From Schizochytrium sp. TIO01 (lineage: Eukaryota > Protista > Bigyra: Labyrinthulomycetes), in assembly GCA_004764695.1 (NCBI GenBank), contig SMSO01000004.1:2108001-2172000 (forward strand): a stretch of DNA of 64,000 nt, read 5' to 3'. The notes below the pieces were generated by a model that was not told the origin of the DNA, made no database searches, and saw only the letters and a list, made by a program, of their open reading frames with translations. The translations under genes were made by a program, and so were the position numbers. Position 1 is the stretch's first letter. Every line of letters starts with the position of its first letter. Positions 19,852-33,351 of the stretch are shown one piece after another.

Positions 19852-22533
19852 GAAAACTGTGAATTTAGTATGTGTTACGTTTCTGGCGTGAGAATAAGCG
19901 CCGGAAGCTTAGACTGTCCTTTTCCAGACAATTCCTCCCTTTCAAACACGTTTGAAGCAGATCGTGCTTATCGTAGACGGATTTCCCTGCAAAAGGTATC
20001 TACTCTGAGTGAAAGCTTTCGGATCTTGGCTTGCAACTACAGCCAACACCTACAAAGACTTTTCAGGGATAACACAAGTCTATTTGACAATGTACCACCC
20101 TGAAACTCGCGAATTGCTTTCTGGGGTGGAAGCTTCGAAACCTAAACTTCGCTCCGCCGAAGACCAGTTGATATCCACGCTAACCTTTTAGACGTTGCTG
20201 GATCTCCGGAGAGCAGGCAACTCGCAGGCCAGAGCGTCCAAGAATGAAGACTGTGCAGACTCGAGATAGCGAATCGAAGAGGAACAAAGAGAAACAAAGA
20301 GAAACAAAGTCAGAAAAGCAACGAAAAACAAAGAAAAGAAAATGAGGAAACAAGAAAGAAGCGGAGACGAGGTGCACGACCACAGAGGAGAGGCTTTCGC
20401 GGATTCTTCCTCAGGCGATATTCGCCAAGTGCGAAGGAGGGGCTGGGGTGATATACTAATGGCCAGGGCGTCCCTAGACGCGACCTCGTGGCGCGTTCTT
20501 GCTAGCTTACTTGCTGCTCGCTTGCTTGCTTGCTCGTGCACAGCGGAATCGGGGTCTGCCTGGAGGCTGGGCATTCCGTCTTTTTGTTGCATAAACAGCA
20601 GCAAAATCCTGCTCCCGCTCCTCTTGAACGCCTCGTTAAAACATATTATTCTACCGCCACTGAGGTGGGCTTGCAAGTGTAAACTTCAATAACATTTACA
20701 ATGCCCTTACGGTGAAAAGTCAAAGGCCACACTAAGAAGAAATGGATTCTCAGAGGGGGCATCAAAGGAGTAAGGGAGGCGGACCAGGTAAGGATACTGC
20801 GTGAGGAGACGGGAGCAAGAAGTCCCCGATGGTCTTCCTTTTGCTGAGACGATCGCAAGAAAGTTGAAGGAGTACTTGGAGAACTTTAAGTTAGTTGGGA
20901 ATCTCGAGGTTTGAGAAGGCAGTTGGCAAGTCAAAATGAGAAAGCAGTGACCCAAGGAGAGAGACCTTGAAGACCTGCGTCGAAGATTGGTTGTGAAAAT
21001 AATTAGCTGGTTCGTTTGGCTGGCTGGCTTCAAGGCGAGGAGAGGCTTGTAGGCTTGTGCTGTGTCCTTGGTTGCTTTGGTGGTGCTTCAAAGCCGTGGA
21101 GTGGCGCTGATGATTGCCTTGGAGTGGTGGTTGGAGTGTGGTGTGGACGTTCTTCTTCGAGGCGCGGGAGCTTGGTGGGTCGTGCTGGTCTCATGGGAAG
21201 AGACCACCTGGGAGTCCCTGAAGTGACGGATGTTTTAGCGTGATACGCTGGGCATGCAGTGTGGAGGTACTACGATCAGATCGAAATTCACTGGATTGCA
21301 TATTCCGTAGAGGTTAACTCAGAGGGTTTAAGGTCGAAGCGTGAATGACCAAGAGCTAAAGTTCTTGAGAACAGCAATGTTGAAAGTGATCGCCACGAGT
21401 TCAAGTTCCGGTGGTAAATGAAATGCGAATACGAATCTGAACAATGCAGTGCCTCTTATAGAAAGTGGGGCGTGGTGGTGAAGTGGTCATTTGACTGGCT
21501 CACGAGCAAACGAGGCTAGAACAAACCTCAGCGAAGTGCACCAATTTGGAGAGAAGCAGGCTTCAAGATTAAGAACGTTGTGGCGATTGAAAATGTCCCC
21601 CGAAACTGAAAAGGTGTATTCGGGAGCTAGTAGATTTCCATGTAATGTGCGGCTTGTTACGCGGCGTGGGAAGATAAAGTTTCCGGTATCAAAGCCGACG
21701 TATGATTCTCAGCCTCTCTTGTTTAGCCGTCACGCCCTATCGCCTTATAATAGCTAAAGCTACAGCATGCAGAAGTTGAAGCGATCGCAATTGGTCAGCA
21801 CAGCTCTTGACTTGATCAACTATATTTATATAATCGAAGAAAAAGAGAAGATTTTTTCTTCTTCTATATTTAATAATTAATTATATATATATTTTTTTCA
21901 TTAAAATGACTGGGATGAATGATGAAGAGCACATGTTTTCTCTCCAGGCTTCTGGAACGGCGAAAGTCCTGGCTTGTATACTTGTCAGATCGGGAGCGAA
22001 GGGCACCTCCCATACACTCACTACCATAGTACCCAGGTTTTATGAACTCGGTACAGGGATACTTGTTCATCCATTCGACAATTAAAGAGAATAGATGATT
22101 TCTTACCGGAACATTAGATAGGTAGGTTGGTTTCATCTCAAAATGCTAATAAAAAATCGATTTGAGTGCTTTATACACGAGAATAGATCATGTCAGAAGC
22201 TGTAGATGAGCATGCTTGATAGAATAAGAGAAGTAGAACGTGTACAACACCATCATGCAAGGAGATACCCATCCGGAAGCATTAGAGAAGATTTGTGGAA
22301 ATCCGAAGGCATAGATGAAGACTAAAAAATAAAAATTGTTGCAGCTAATTTACCTGATCGGAATGCCGTGTGTGTCGATGTTGTTGCTTACATTGCTTGA
22401 ATTACACAACCAAAGGAATGTTGCGTTTCACAGCTGCACATAACAATATATGGTATCAAAGGTGAGTGTTTGGTGGTTCCTCACAACATGCGGGCACTTT
22501 CTACCACCCGTGCATGTGCTCAGAAAAAGGTTA

Positions 22534-25413
22534 TCATTCTACAGCAAGATCCGACGAACTATTGCTAATTTTTGCCTTGGCTTTGGAAGTTCCAGGCTCT
22601 TGGCTGTCATTTTGACCGAAATGAGCAAAAGCAGGACCATGACTATGTTCAGGGAGGCCGGGATTTTCGTCTTTCATTTCATGAAGTTCTTTGACCATAT
22701 CTGGGACACTGGTCGGCGCTACTTCAGCCGGTGCACGCAGCGAAGGGTAGCTAAAGTCAGGAGGAGGGGGTGCGGTGTATTGATCCGGACGAGATTCGCT
22801 CCGAATGTCAAAACGACGAGCATCGCTGAGGTTGACGAACGAATTGCTTGAATCAAACATCGAGTAAAGAAATGAGGCATACCCACATGTAAAGAGCAGT
22901 GGAGGAATCATGAGCACACTTTGCGCAACGCCCTCAGAGAGAGCAAAAATGCCTAGCATAGTCAGGTGCATAATCAAAAACGCCACAAGGTAGGCGATAG
23001 CCAAGTAACGCCACATTGACCCTCCCGACTCACGATTCTTGATGAACACGTAAAGAAGTTGGTTGCGGTAGACAATCAGCGCAATGGCAAAGTACCCGAA
23101 AGCAAAGACTAGTACTAAGGGGGCGATGACTGAATACGTAACACCAATACAAAGCACAAGGTAAAGACTAGAGCATAGGACACCGTACCAAGCGTCTCCT
23201 GGTGTACCAAAAGGGCGGCACCCACAGCAATCGTCCCTTCTCTCACGTGGTGTGCGCGCGATGCCACAGAAGATGGGCTTGACCAAAAGGGCCACTGCAA
23301 TATTGCCTATGCGCAGAAGCTCAGCACCGGGGAGCACCCAAAACATTCGGATAGCAATGAATTGCATGAAAAAGGTGGCATTAGCAGGAATCATCTGTGC
23401 GAGAAGGTCGACAAATTCACGAGGATTATCAAAGGTTGCTGCGAACACGTTAAAAACAGCGCCTGTAATCTGAAAGAACAGAAACAATTGAAAGACCAGG
23501 AATACAGAGTAATTGATGAAAAAGGAGTTCTCACGATCAGAGTGAGAGAGGTCAAAACGCAACTTGAGAATTAAATTGAGGATAGGCGGAACCAGGGCGA
23601 AAAGGATAACAAGGAGCAGGGGGGCAATCTGGTCAATGATTGGCTCGCCCCAGGTATTCTCATCGAGCCACTCATCTAATGCAGCCCATCTCTCACGGAT
23701 TGTTGCTAAGTTGGTTGTCACACTAATGGTACTAGTAAGGACACCAAAGAGCAGAAGAAGAAGGATGTTGAGAACCACAACACTAACACGAGTTGCAAGA
23801 ATGGTATTGGGATGGCAGCCAAGACGTGACCAGTTTACATCCTCTGGTTCTGGAGCCGGGTGAACGATCATAGTATGAACTTCAGACTTCATACAGCGGC
23901 CGACAGCCGTCGAAGCTGTTTTGTTGTTGAAGGTCACAAAGGCAACAGAGCGCGCAAGGGTATAGCGATCATATGAATGGTCTCCCAAGAGCCACTCAGC
24001 CTCATCGATCTTGTCAGCGCCAAAGTGCCAGTCATCTCCGCCGGTGCCTTCCATATCTTGTGGAGGAGAGGCTTCGTTGTTTTCCAAAGCAATCTCTTCA
24101 AATGCATTCGAGGATTGGGAACTCATCGTCGAGGAGGTTCTTTCCAGGTTGTGTTCGAGGCTTTGCGCGGTCATGTTCTGCTCGTTGTCGTCGTGGTCGT
24201 GTTGTTGCCTCTGGCTAGGGTCTTGGCCAGAGTATCTAGCGTCACGCTCAGAGTAGATTTCACGACGCAAGGTCTTTTGCAGTGCGGCGACCCGTTCGTT
24301 CAGCGAGTCGAGCTCGCGGGTATAATGCTGCACAGAGAGGACCTTCTCTCCATTCCCGAAGAGATGGCAAAGCCAACCTTCGCAGAAGAAGCGCGAGCCC
24401 ATCCATCGCTGACCTTCTCTGAATGCGACATGTTTTGCCTTCCACGCATCCATGCGGTTTGCCAAATCCTCATGTTGTTGGCTTTCACTAGCCCTGCGCG
24501 CCTCTTCAGTATCTTGTACAATGGCTCCTCCTATTGTAGGGTCCTCCTTTGTCTGATTCTTGTTATTCCAGTATTCAAGAAGCATAGCGCGCTCAAGCTT
24601 CATGAGTACATCCTTACGGTCACTTACAAGGTCCTTGAGCTTGCTCGCAGTCTCACCCATAGGGACAATATCAATTCGGCGCACGCTCCCCGGGAAGAGC
24701 GACTCAAAGTACCTTTTGAGGGCTCTCCGTGAGTGAATTTCGGGCGGGATCCGCTCCACAACAATGCTGTAGGTGGACTGGTGCTTATACAGCAAATACT
24801 CTCTTTGCAGCGGCACGATTCTCACGTATTCCCTGTGCAGTAGTGCAATGCCGATTCCGGTGAAGATATATACGAAGACGCACGGGAGCCACATTAGATT
24901 GGTTCCCACGCCGCCGTTTCCGGTGACATACTGGAGCGTGAGCATGCTGAGTTCTTGCCGAGAGGCCGTGGTCAGGTTGGCCTCGTCTCCCTGAGTTGCG
25001 TAAACACTGCCGAGCACCACAAGTCCAAGTGGCGCCAGGATTGCAAACAGTTTACACGAGAGCGAGATGAAGCGGATCGTTACATACGCGTCAAGTCCAG
25101 CGTATTCAAGCACGAGGCTATCGCACTTGGGGTAGAGTAGCGGCACAAACCAGCGCCACGGAACCCGCGGGACTTCGGGTGCCGCCAGACCGGCGGGGAC
25201 GTGCCGTTCGCGCGGCGAGTACTTCCTGCGCGCATACGTGCGAAGAAAGGCGTGAAGTATTATGCAGAAGGCGCCGATGGACCCGTAGATGGCGACCGTG
25301 GTACGGAGTTGTTCTGACGAGACGGAGGCATGCAGGGTCGGCGGCAGTGTCGTGCGTGTGGGTGTCGCCGTCGGCCATGCCGTCGGCGCATCGGAGATAG
25401 TCCCATTCGACAT
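22534..25413 (-). CDS. OSCA/TMEM63 (CSC1-like) mechanosensitive calcium-permeable channel
   Basis: GLDAYVTIRF, VAFVTF, APEPEDVNW, P.NATFFMQF, YSVIAPL, YRNQLLYVF..ESGG..W, with many TM helices. First ATG (MSNG) at 25413; an upstream exon cannot be excluded. Confidence 0.93.
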   Translation of the reverse strand: MSNGTISDAPTAWPTATPTRTTLPPTLHASVSSEQLRTTVAIYGSIGAFCIILHAFLRTYARRKYSPRERHVPAGLAAPEVPRVPWRWFVPLLYPKCDSLVLEYAGLDAYVTIRFISLSCKLFAILAPLGLVVLGSVYATQGDEANLTTASRQELSMLTLQYVTGNGGVGTNLMWLPCVFVYIFTGIGIALLHREYVRIVPLQREYLLYKHQSTYSIVVERIPPEIHSRRALKRYFESLFPGSVRRIDIVPMGETASKLKDLVSDRKDVLMKLERAMLLEYWNNKNQTKEDPTIGGAIVQDTEEARRASESQQHEDLANRMDAWKAKHVAFREGQRWMGSRFFCEGWLCHLFGNGEKVLSVQHYTRELDSLNERVAALQKTLRREIYSERDARYSGQDPSQRQQHDHDDNEQNMTAQSLEHNLERTSSTMSSQSSNAFEEIALENNEASPPQDMEGTGGDDWHFGADKIDEAEWLLGDHSYDRYTLARSVAFVTFNNKTASTAVGRCMKSEVHTMIVHPAPEPEDVNWSRLGCHPNTILATRVSVVVLNILLLLLFGVLTSTISVTTNLATIRERWAALDEWLDENTWGEPIIDQIAPLLLVILFALVPPILNLILKLRFDLSHSDRENSFFINYSVFLVFQLFLFFQITGAVFNVFAATFDNPREFVDLLAQMIPANATFFMQFIAIRMFWVLPGAELLRIGNIAVALLVKPIFCGIARTPRERRDDCCGCRPFGTPGDAWYGVLCSSLYLVLCIGVTYSVIAPLVLVFAFGYFAIALIVYRNQLLYVFIKNRESGGSMWRYLAIAYLVAFLIMHLTMLGIFALSEGVAQSVLMIPPLLFTCGYASFLYSMFDSSNSFVNLSDARRFDIRSESRPDQYTAPPPPDFSYPSLRAPAEVAPTSVPDMVKELHEMKDENPGLPEHSHGPAFAHFGQNDSQEPGTSKAKAKISNSSSDLAVE

Positions 25414-27069
25414 CGCGGATCCGCCGTCGGTTCCGAGCACCTACCCGGCGCCAATTCGAATCCAGATTTGCTTTCGCTCTGATTTGAATTCCTGTTTCCT
25501 GCTTGTGCTTAGGTACCGTAGTCTCCATTTGAATCCCCCATATTACCCCATCATCCCCCACCTACGCTTTACTCATAGGCCCTCTAAGGGCTGACTCCCT
25601 CACTGTCCATGGCTCAGTGCGCCCTGTAAAACTTGTATGGGCACTTGCGGCGCAGGTTTCCCTCAGCTTCTCAAGGCCAATACGAAATCAATCCCCTGCG
25701 GCGGCGTGACACCATTCTGCGCGAGGCTGTGGCCAGAGTCTCCAGAGCCGCCGCCCGAGGGCCCAGGAGCTCGCCTGCGCTGCCGGGCCTGGCCCAGGCC
25801 GCCTCCGCCTCCGCCTCCGTACCGAGCTCAGGCGTTGCTGGCCGGCCAGAGCGTCAGGATAGGAGGCTAGCTCGAGGCGCCCAACAAGGTGCTGGAGAAC
25901 TCTTAAGACGCGGGGAACGCGGGGAATGTGAAGGGCAAGGCGGCGGAAGAGGAATACGAGCTTAGTGAGGCGGTCTCCAGGTCTGAGACCTTGGATGATA
26001 TCGCGATGTTAGGAGAGAGATAGAGGAGACTTGGATTTGAACTCGAGATTTGAATCGAGGCAGGCAGTTCAAATCGCGAATGGAGAAGGAGCGCCTGGCG
26101 AGCTTGGGCGCGAAGGGGCGAGGTCTGGGCGGCAGGCCTGAGATCTTGGTTGGCGTGGGTTAGTCCATGGACAGGGGTTTAGAATGAAGCACCAGCTAGG
26201 AGGCCGGATAGGTGTAGCTAGCTAGCGAGCGAGCTAGCTAGCTGGCTAGCTTTGGAGTATAGAACGTAGCGGTTGGAGATTCGTTATCAGGCTCTACATG
26301 AGCCTGGTCGCGGTGTTCAAGGTAGTATGAATGACCACCGACTCGATGAGGCGGCGTTCGAGCTAGTTGCTTGATGATGGGCTGCCTGCATGAGCTTACT
26401 GAGGATAGTAGGACAAACTTATTTCCATACGGCTAGAGTGGAGCCCCCCTCCCCCCCACCAAAAAATAAATAAAAATGCAAAGACTGCCACTCTCAACAC
26501 GCTCACACATTCACTAATGCACGACTAAGGCTTGGCAAGGGGCCTTCGTGATTTCGAACAAGATGTCAAGTGGGGGATTGTGGAGGAATTCGAGGATTCG
26601 TCTCCACTACGTGGCGATTGGCAGACTCTTACATAGGCAAGCTGATACCACGTAACTTCTCTGTAATCTCGTGAGGCATCATGGACGTGGATGGTTATCA
26701 CAGCTTCATAGACGAATATGACACTCATAGGCTACGTGTGGGTGGTAACGCCCTGTTGTGCAAGCTTTGGGTTCTAGGAGTATACTTAGGTACGGCACAG
26801 GTGTTAGTGCAGGAAAAATAGAGTTTTGTCCGTAATTTTACTTGAGCATCTCAGAAGGGTGCTTCAAGAACAACGGTAAGCCCCAAGCATGCGTCGAAGG
26901 GATTTTCTGTCGTTCCTATTTGAATGATGAGGAAGCAATGAACGTAGTACTCAGAATAACAATAATGACCATAACAACAATTTAAATTAATTACAAGAAT
27001 AAGCACAGATGGCTTGATTCGATCGATTGGCTCGTCTCACTATTTATGCACGCGTCTGCAAGTTCTGCA

Positions 27070-28620
27070 TCATCGTTGATTGTTAATTAGAATTAGCTCA
27101 AGCCTCCCAACTTTACATATCGCCGAACATTGATCAGTAAGTATGGCAACGGTGCTGGGATCGATGACCAAAACGAAGAGTTCATCGTAGCTTTAAGTGC
27201 AGACGAGTTGGAGGGGGTTTTATAGGTATTCAGTCAGGTGCAAAAGTTTCATAGAAGTTATGATCTGTAAATTTAGTCAGGAATAAAATGCACTGACTGG
27301 CCAAGAAGATACAAAGTGAAATTCAATTCACTTCCGTCTTGATGGTGAGCAAAACAGCGATCATTACCCATGTTGTCATCTGCATCCTGGAAGGAGATAC
27401 TTGGTCAACGAGCAGCAGCACTGACTTTAGCAAGGGCGACACAGTCTTGCTTAAATTAAGCAATGCACTTTTGTTGTTATTGTGGATGCATCCATCGTAG
27501 AAATTTCAGGTTGCTTCTTCTCTGAAACGAACGTTATTGATCCACTTTGATCCCGAGGAGTTCAACTTTTCCTCAATAGCTATGTAACGTGCGACTGTTT
27601 TACTTGTAGGTTCAGACAAGTATAACTTATATACCTCTACGATTCAATCTAACGATGATGCAAAGCATGACTTCCTTGTAAGATCGAGCGAATTTGCTGT
27701 AAACTTTTGATGGTTTGACTATGATACCTTATGTAGTTTCACGCGAAATGTGGCGTCTTGACATCAAGACACCAGGTCGTAGGTTTGCGATTAGTCTCGT
27801 GGGAGGTGCAGTTAATCATTGGGCATTGTACTTGACCCCAAAGTCGCTTAGTAGTATTCCTGTCGGCCATGTTCCACTGTAAGACACGAACCTAAATTTG
27901 TCCTCGAGGCTACTGGAGGAACCACGATGGAGACAGTCCAGCTTGATTAAGTTCACCAATTTACCAGCGAAGAAGATATTTTACTCAAAGCATTGCCCGA
28001 AGTTAGCCTTGGCTCGAGGCTAATGGTTTGTACGAGTCCTCTAGTAGTTTAGTATTCCTAGTACTCGAGCAGATGGTCAAGGTAGCGGTTCTCGAGGAGG
28101 CCATCGTGCAAAGCTATGGGCGGTATCATGTAGTTCGGCAGCGGACTAGTTCTACGGGGCATATTGGCGTCATTTCCGAGTACTATTTTGCCAGCGGCAC
28201 GAATTGTAGATGTCCTCGTGGGTTTGATTCTATTGCGCGCTAGGCGCGGCATAGGGGTAACACCCGCGTAGCGAGGGCTACCTGCGTAGCAGTGGCTACG
28301 ATGTTAGTCTCAGTCCAGCTGACCTTGGGAGTCTGAAAAGAAGGAAGTTGACGGTCTTAGTTGAGTGCTAATTTTGGGTCAGAGTTATGATAAATTTGTT
28401 ATTGGTGTTGGAAAACTCTGATTTGTCTCGCAGAAGGTACAGAGAACGTCACTTTCGACCATGGCGCTCCAGAGCAGTTCTCTCTCCGTTACTAGGGGTC
28501 CTAGCCGGGGTAGCGCGATAACGCGACGTAGAGCACCGCTAGGTCCTCTACCGCGAGCGCTAGCAGAAGCGGGTCTGACTGGACCGGGCTCTGCTCCTCT
28601 CGACACCGTGGAGGTGGAGG
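27070..28620 (-). mobile_element. Heavily decayed hAT-like DNA transposase relic
   Basis: Motifs in correct order across stops and frameshifts: BED-like W..CTFC..TNL (~28470-28390), CPMINCTSHETN (27825-27790; CxxH, cf. GCASHRLNL), TVARYIAIEEKL (~27598-27563), SLTKYL/QDADDNMG..R (~27411-27357), ILTDQ..LELIL..N (~27144-27075; dimerisation domain). No TIRs identified. Confidence 0.6.
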
Positions 28621-31600
28621 AACTATGTGATCACTGTAAAGGTCATTCTGAAGAGGCAGCTTAAATTTGCGAATTCAAGCGATGGGTGGGTGCAACATGC
28701 GCGTGGACTGCGAGTAGGGCAGCTTGTAGGCGAAGGGCTTGGAGTAGTCAAGAAGAGAGTGAGAAAGAAAGAGCAGGGTGGAGTGGGCTAACGAAGGAAG
28801 GGATGATTTTAATTTTTCGAAATTTATTTTGAAATGTGGAGGTTGGCATTTGAGAGCGCGAATGTGTGAAATGGCTTACGCAGGCAATGCGGCAATGTTA
28901 GACATTAAGCCGAGGAATAATAGTTGAAGATATAGTTTATCAGGCAGTCGCGAAGCGTCGCGAAGCGGGTTTCTCTGCGAGTAATGGCTTTAAAATGTGA
29001 TCGAGAGGCCATAATTTCCGCTTTGAGTGTCCTTTTTCTCAGTTCAATTTTGTCTTGTAGAGATACGAAGCTCTTTTTCGCCTTCAAAGTTGGCACGGGA
29101 GTGTTTGTGAGACAATTTATAATAAATCATTTGCGAGAGCTTGTAAGGGCGCAAGATTATATGTATTGGATTGCCAAATATTTTATTTTCGGTTAATATG
29201 ACTGAGAATGAAAAGATCACTGTGAAGATATGCGAAGAAAAGTTTCCGTTCTTTTCTCGTTGAGTTTAATCATTGTTTCCAGTGAATTTAAATATAAAAA
29301 GGAGCCCTTCTTCCTAACCATTTGAGCGGAGCGTGCGCTCATTAGTGCAGATCTTATGGCCAATGGAAATGCGGCTTAACTTGTTCGCAAGAAACCATGT
29401 AATCATTCCTGGAACCTTTGGTGAAACTTGAAAAGCAGCACTGCGCTAGCTATTCTAGAGGCTACGCATATACTCTCGCTTACTCTTCTGCTTCAGGCAG
29501 CCCTTTCCCCTCCTTCCTTCCCAGCTTTCGTGGCGCAAGTGCAACGCATGCGCCTGTAACAAACATTTTTTTAGTGCGTTTCTTTGCGTTGTTCGCCCCA
29601 TCTCTAAATGAGTTCCCCATCAAAATGTTTCATAATTTCAACAAACAAAAAACCTTTTTAAAATACCGCAGATCCACCGCAGCCATTCGGCTCCACTCGT
29701 GTCCGGATAAGGAATCCCCGCGTCAGCCTGACACGAGCGAGTGCCGGCGTCTGTGAAGTTAGGTTAGTTTTGAACGGGCCTCGCAGGCTCCACTCGCAGC
29801 GGGGTGTAGATCGCCTCAAACTGCCAGATGGCGGCCTCTTTCCAAGTCTCCAGCGCCCGACGTCACCGCCAAGTTCCAATTCCCTTCATCGCTGCCTGAG
29901 CTGTGTTGTTCACGAACTATCATCATGAGGCACCCGGTCGGCTTCGATCTGCCGCAGCCGTTCAGGCCATCGCCGCCTCTCCCTCTCCAGCGTCCGCTGC
30001 AGCTTGGAGTCCGCCGTCGACTTCAAATCGGAGTTTGAATTCCGCTTCGAACCCGAATTCGATTGGAGTGATTTCAAAATCCTCTGATTGACCCCTCCTT
30101 ATGTTTCAAACAGGACTTCAAATTTGTGTTTCTTGATATTGCCCTTCACTCATTCATTCGTTTATTCCTCCGGGCCAAGGAGCTCGCTCTCCGCCATCGA
30201 TCAGCGGCGGTGGCGCAGCTCCAAGGTCGGTCGTCCAGCTTCCTAGCCGAAGAGGCGCCGAGCTTGTGCCATGGCCGAGTGATTGAGCGAGCGAGCGAGC
30301 GAGCGAGCGTTGGCTAAGTAGGTGTCCCAGTTTAATTTGTTTGTTTGTTTGTTTGTTTGAATAAATGAATATTTGTTTGTTTGTTTGAATGAATGAGAGA
30401 ATATTTGAATGTTTCCCAGTCGGAGGTCTCCGTTTGAATTACTGTCGCGAATCGGCCAGAGCCCGCGCTTCTGCAAGCAGAGATCCGGCCTGGGGACACC
30501 CGAGGCCGCAGACGATTGACTGGCGACCGTCATCGTTGCGCAAGTCCCTTCCCTCCCAAGTCAGCAGCGCAGGCCGGAGCAGCCGCAGCACCCGAAGAAG
30601 GCTCCATTCTCGCGCCTCTTCTTCGGCTTCCTTTTGAATTTGAATCAGAAAGAAAAAAAGAATGAAAGAAAGAAAGTAATAAGTGAGTGATTAAGCGAGT
30701 GAGTGAAACTTAGTGAGTAGGTAGCTAGGCCGCAGTAGGAGGGGCTAGCGCATTGCTAGCGGCAATCGATGGATTGAATGAATTCTGCGTTGAACTGCTT
30801 TTCAAGAATCGTTTGAACTGGAGGGAAGGAAAGAAACTTGCTGCTCCAGAGCTAGCTAGAGCTGCCGCAAAGCCGTGGGCCTTCGCGTATCTGCTGCTGC
30901 CTTCTGCCGCAGGGTGCGTGGCCTGGGCGCTTATGCTGCTTGCCTGGGGCGTGGAGGCTCGTGGATGGCGGCCTTCGCAGGCAGTCTTTGGCAGCGATCG
31001 AGCTCGAGGAATCGCGCTGTTCCGCTGGCCGCTCGGTCTCTTTAATTCTATAAAAGAAAACGATGATATAGGAAGTGCTACCGTTGCTGCTATTAGTGCT
31101 CGTAGTAAGTAGGCAAAAGTGGGAAAGTTTAACATATTCAAACATCAGATAGAAAACATATTTTGTAGTATTTAAAAGAAGTTTCAATCTTTTAGAAATT
31201 TGGTTAGTATTTATTTTTAAAAGATGGGGGCGGATGTCTTTTAATTAAAAAGGGAAAAAAAAAAAAAAAAAAAAAAGAGAAAAAGCGAATGGCTCAACCA
31301 TCTAGCTAATGAGTATAGTATAGGCTAGAAGTGGTAGTTATGTTCACCGCCGTCTGTTGCTTCTTTCTTTATTCTCCGTCGTTAGTTTTGCATGCATGAA
31401 AAGTTTTTACTCAGCATTTAACTAACAGTGATTATGCAAACCATATAAAGCTTTTTTGTTTTTGAAGAGCTTCGAAGACTGTTCGCGGACAATGTCTCCA
31501 AGGTTTTTTTCCTTTCCCTCACATCTCCACTGATACATATAGGTTGCAATGTCAGTACGAAGTAGTATTGACATTTTAGCAAGAAAATAGAATGATATAG

Positions 31601-33297
31601 ACCCATTAACACTACGACTGTTTTGATCTAGTGTTTGTGAGACTGCATTATCCTTAGAATTTTGCCATCATGATACAAACAACACTAAGAAGTGCAACCA
31701 TATTTTTCAATTTTTAAAAGCATGCTTTCTTGCCAGTTGAAAGGCCGCAGCACTATCACGTAATGGCCAGCAGTTCAAAAAGTTGTGCAAAATTAACTCT
31801 AACAACACTGGCTTCTACAGATATCAGTGGTGCATAATGCGAGACATTTCCCACAGCAATGAAATGTCTGAGCTTCTTTGAGTGGACGAAACAACTCCAG
31901 CCTTAAGTTTCGAATGTGTTTACTCCAATATGAATTCCAGAGTGGATAAGAGGAGAGTGCCTTTGGTCACTCTGGGAGCTACTTCTGGGCCCTAGCGTCA
32001 CCCCTGGAAGTCTGCTTAATTAATTCCCACAGCTTCCTCACATACACTAGAAGCATCCTCCCTGTAAATGGGCTAGTGTATTGCTAGCCGGTCTGAGTCG
32101 TCGCTAAGAGCAGATCGAGAAAAAAATAGTAAAGAATTTCAAAATTCCGTAGGTCCTCCTCCTAGTTGGCTTTAGTGAATCTTTTTTCCCTCCCCCTCAC
32201 AAGCACCTCCTAGTCCCCAGCCCTAGGCCTAAAGATCTCCTCACCGCAGCTATCTCAATGCGGGCGTGCGCTGTGGAGAAGGAAGCTCGCTCTCAACTCC
32301 CCCTTCCTTACAAGGTAAGATCTCAATCCGCATCTTTCATTTTCCTCATTCTCCCCAAATTTTTATACCTTCGGAACTGCGCCCTGAGTACCCGTATTTC
32401 TTGCGCTTCTGAAGCCCTTCTGCACTCAAACTTTGCCTGCACGAAGTGCCGAAGGTCTTTTGTCTGCCCTGTGAGTTCCAGCTTCTAAGCGCCCCATCCC
32501 GCTCTTGGCCACACCCTTTCGTTCGTTGGAAAATCGCCAAACCCATATTTCTAAACAGGTGTATTTAAGGGCCCATCCGACCCGCGGTTTGCTAAGTTGC
32601 TGCTCAACCCGGCGAGTCTGCGGATCGCCATTTAAAGGCAGCCTAAAGCGAGGGGGCGGCCTCTGGCACCTGCGCTTGCTTTCCTTCTCCGCTGCTTCTT
32701 TCTCTCTTTCGTCTTTTTCGCTCTTCTGAGCGATCGAAGAGCCACGGCTGAGCCGGTTTTTCCCTGACTGAGGCGGCGTCCTTGTAGCCTTCTTTCTTTT
32801 CTAAGAAAGAAAGGACCCATCGTTTGTAAAAATGATAAGCTGGAAAGGGGCAAGCAAAGAAAAACCAGAGGAACGCAAATCAAGCGCTACTACTGGTACT
32901 GCTAGCGCCACTGCTATGGTGGTTGTTAAAATGAGAATGTTATGGAGCAGAAAGGAGAAAAAAAAAAGCTGCGAAGAAAACTAATTGAAAGAGAGAGAGA
33001 GAGAGAAACACAGAAGAAGCGGCGAAAGATGAAGAGAAGAGGAAACTTAGCTTCAAAGTCAAAGGAGCCGAAGAGAGGCGCCAGGCCGACAGGGCGGACG
33101 TAGTACCCAGCCGCTCGATGGGCGGCGCGTCGCCATCCATAGGCGTCTCCGCCCCGCTTCTTCGGAGACGCAGAGGCAGGCACGAAGAAACCAAGAAAGA
33201 ATGGAAATAAAGCAAAAAAGCGAAATAATAGCCAAGAGCAAAAGCTTTGTCTCGAAGAGTACACTTGCGCTGGTTTGCCTGTCTGTTGATTTGTTTA

Positions 33298-33298
33298 T

Positions 33299-33350
<52 letters not shown>

Positions 33351-33351
33351 T
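33298..33351. repeat. (TTTC)n microsatellite
   Basis: Direct read. Confidence 0.95.
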
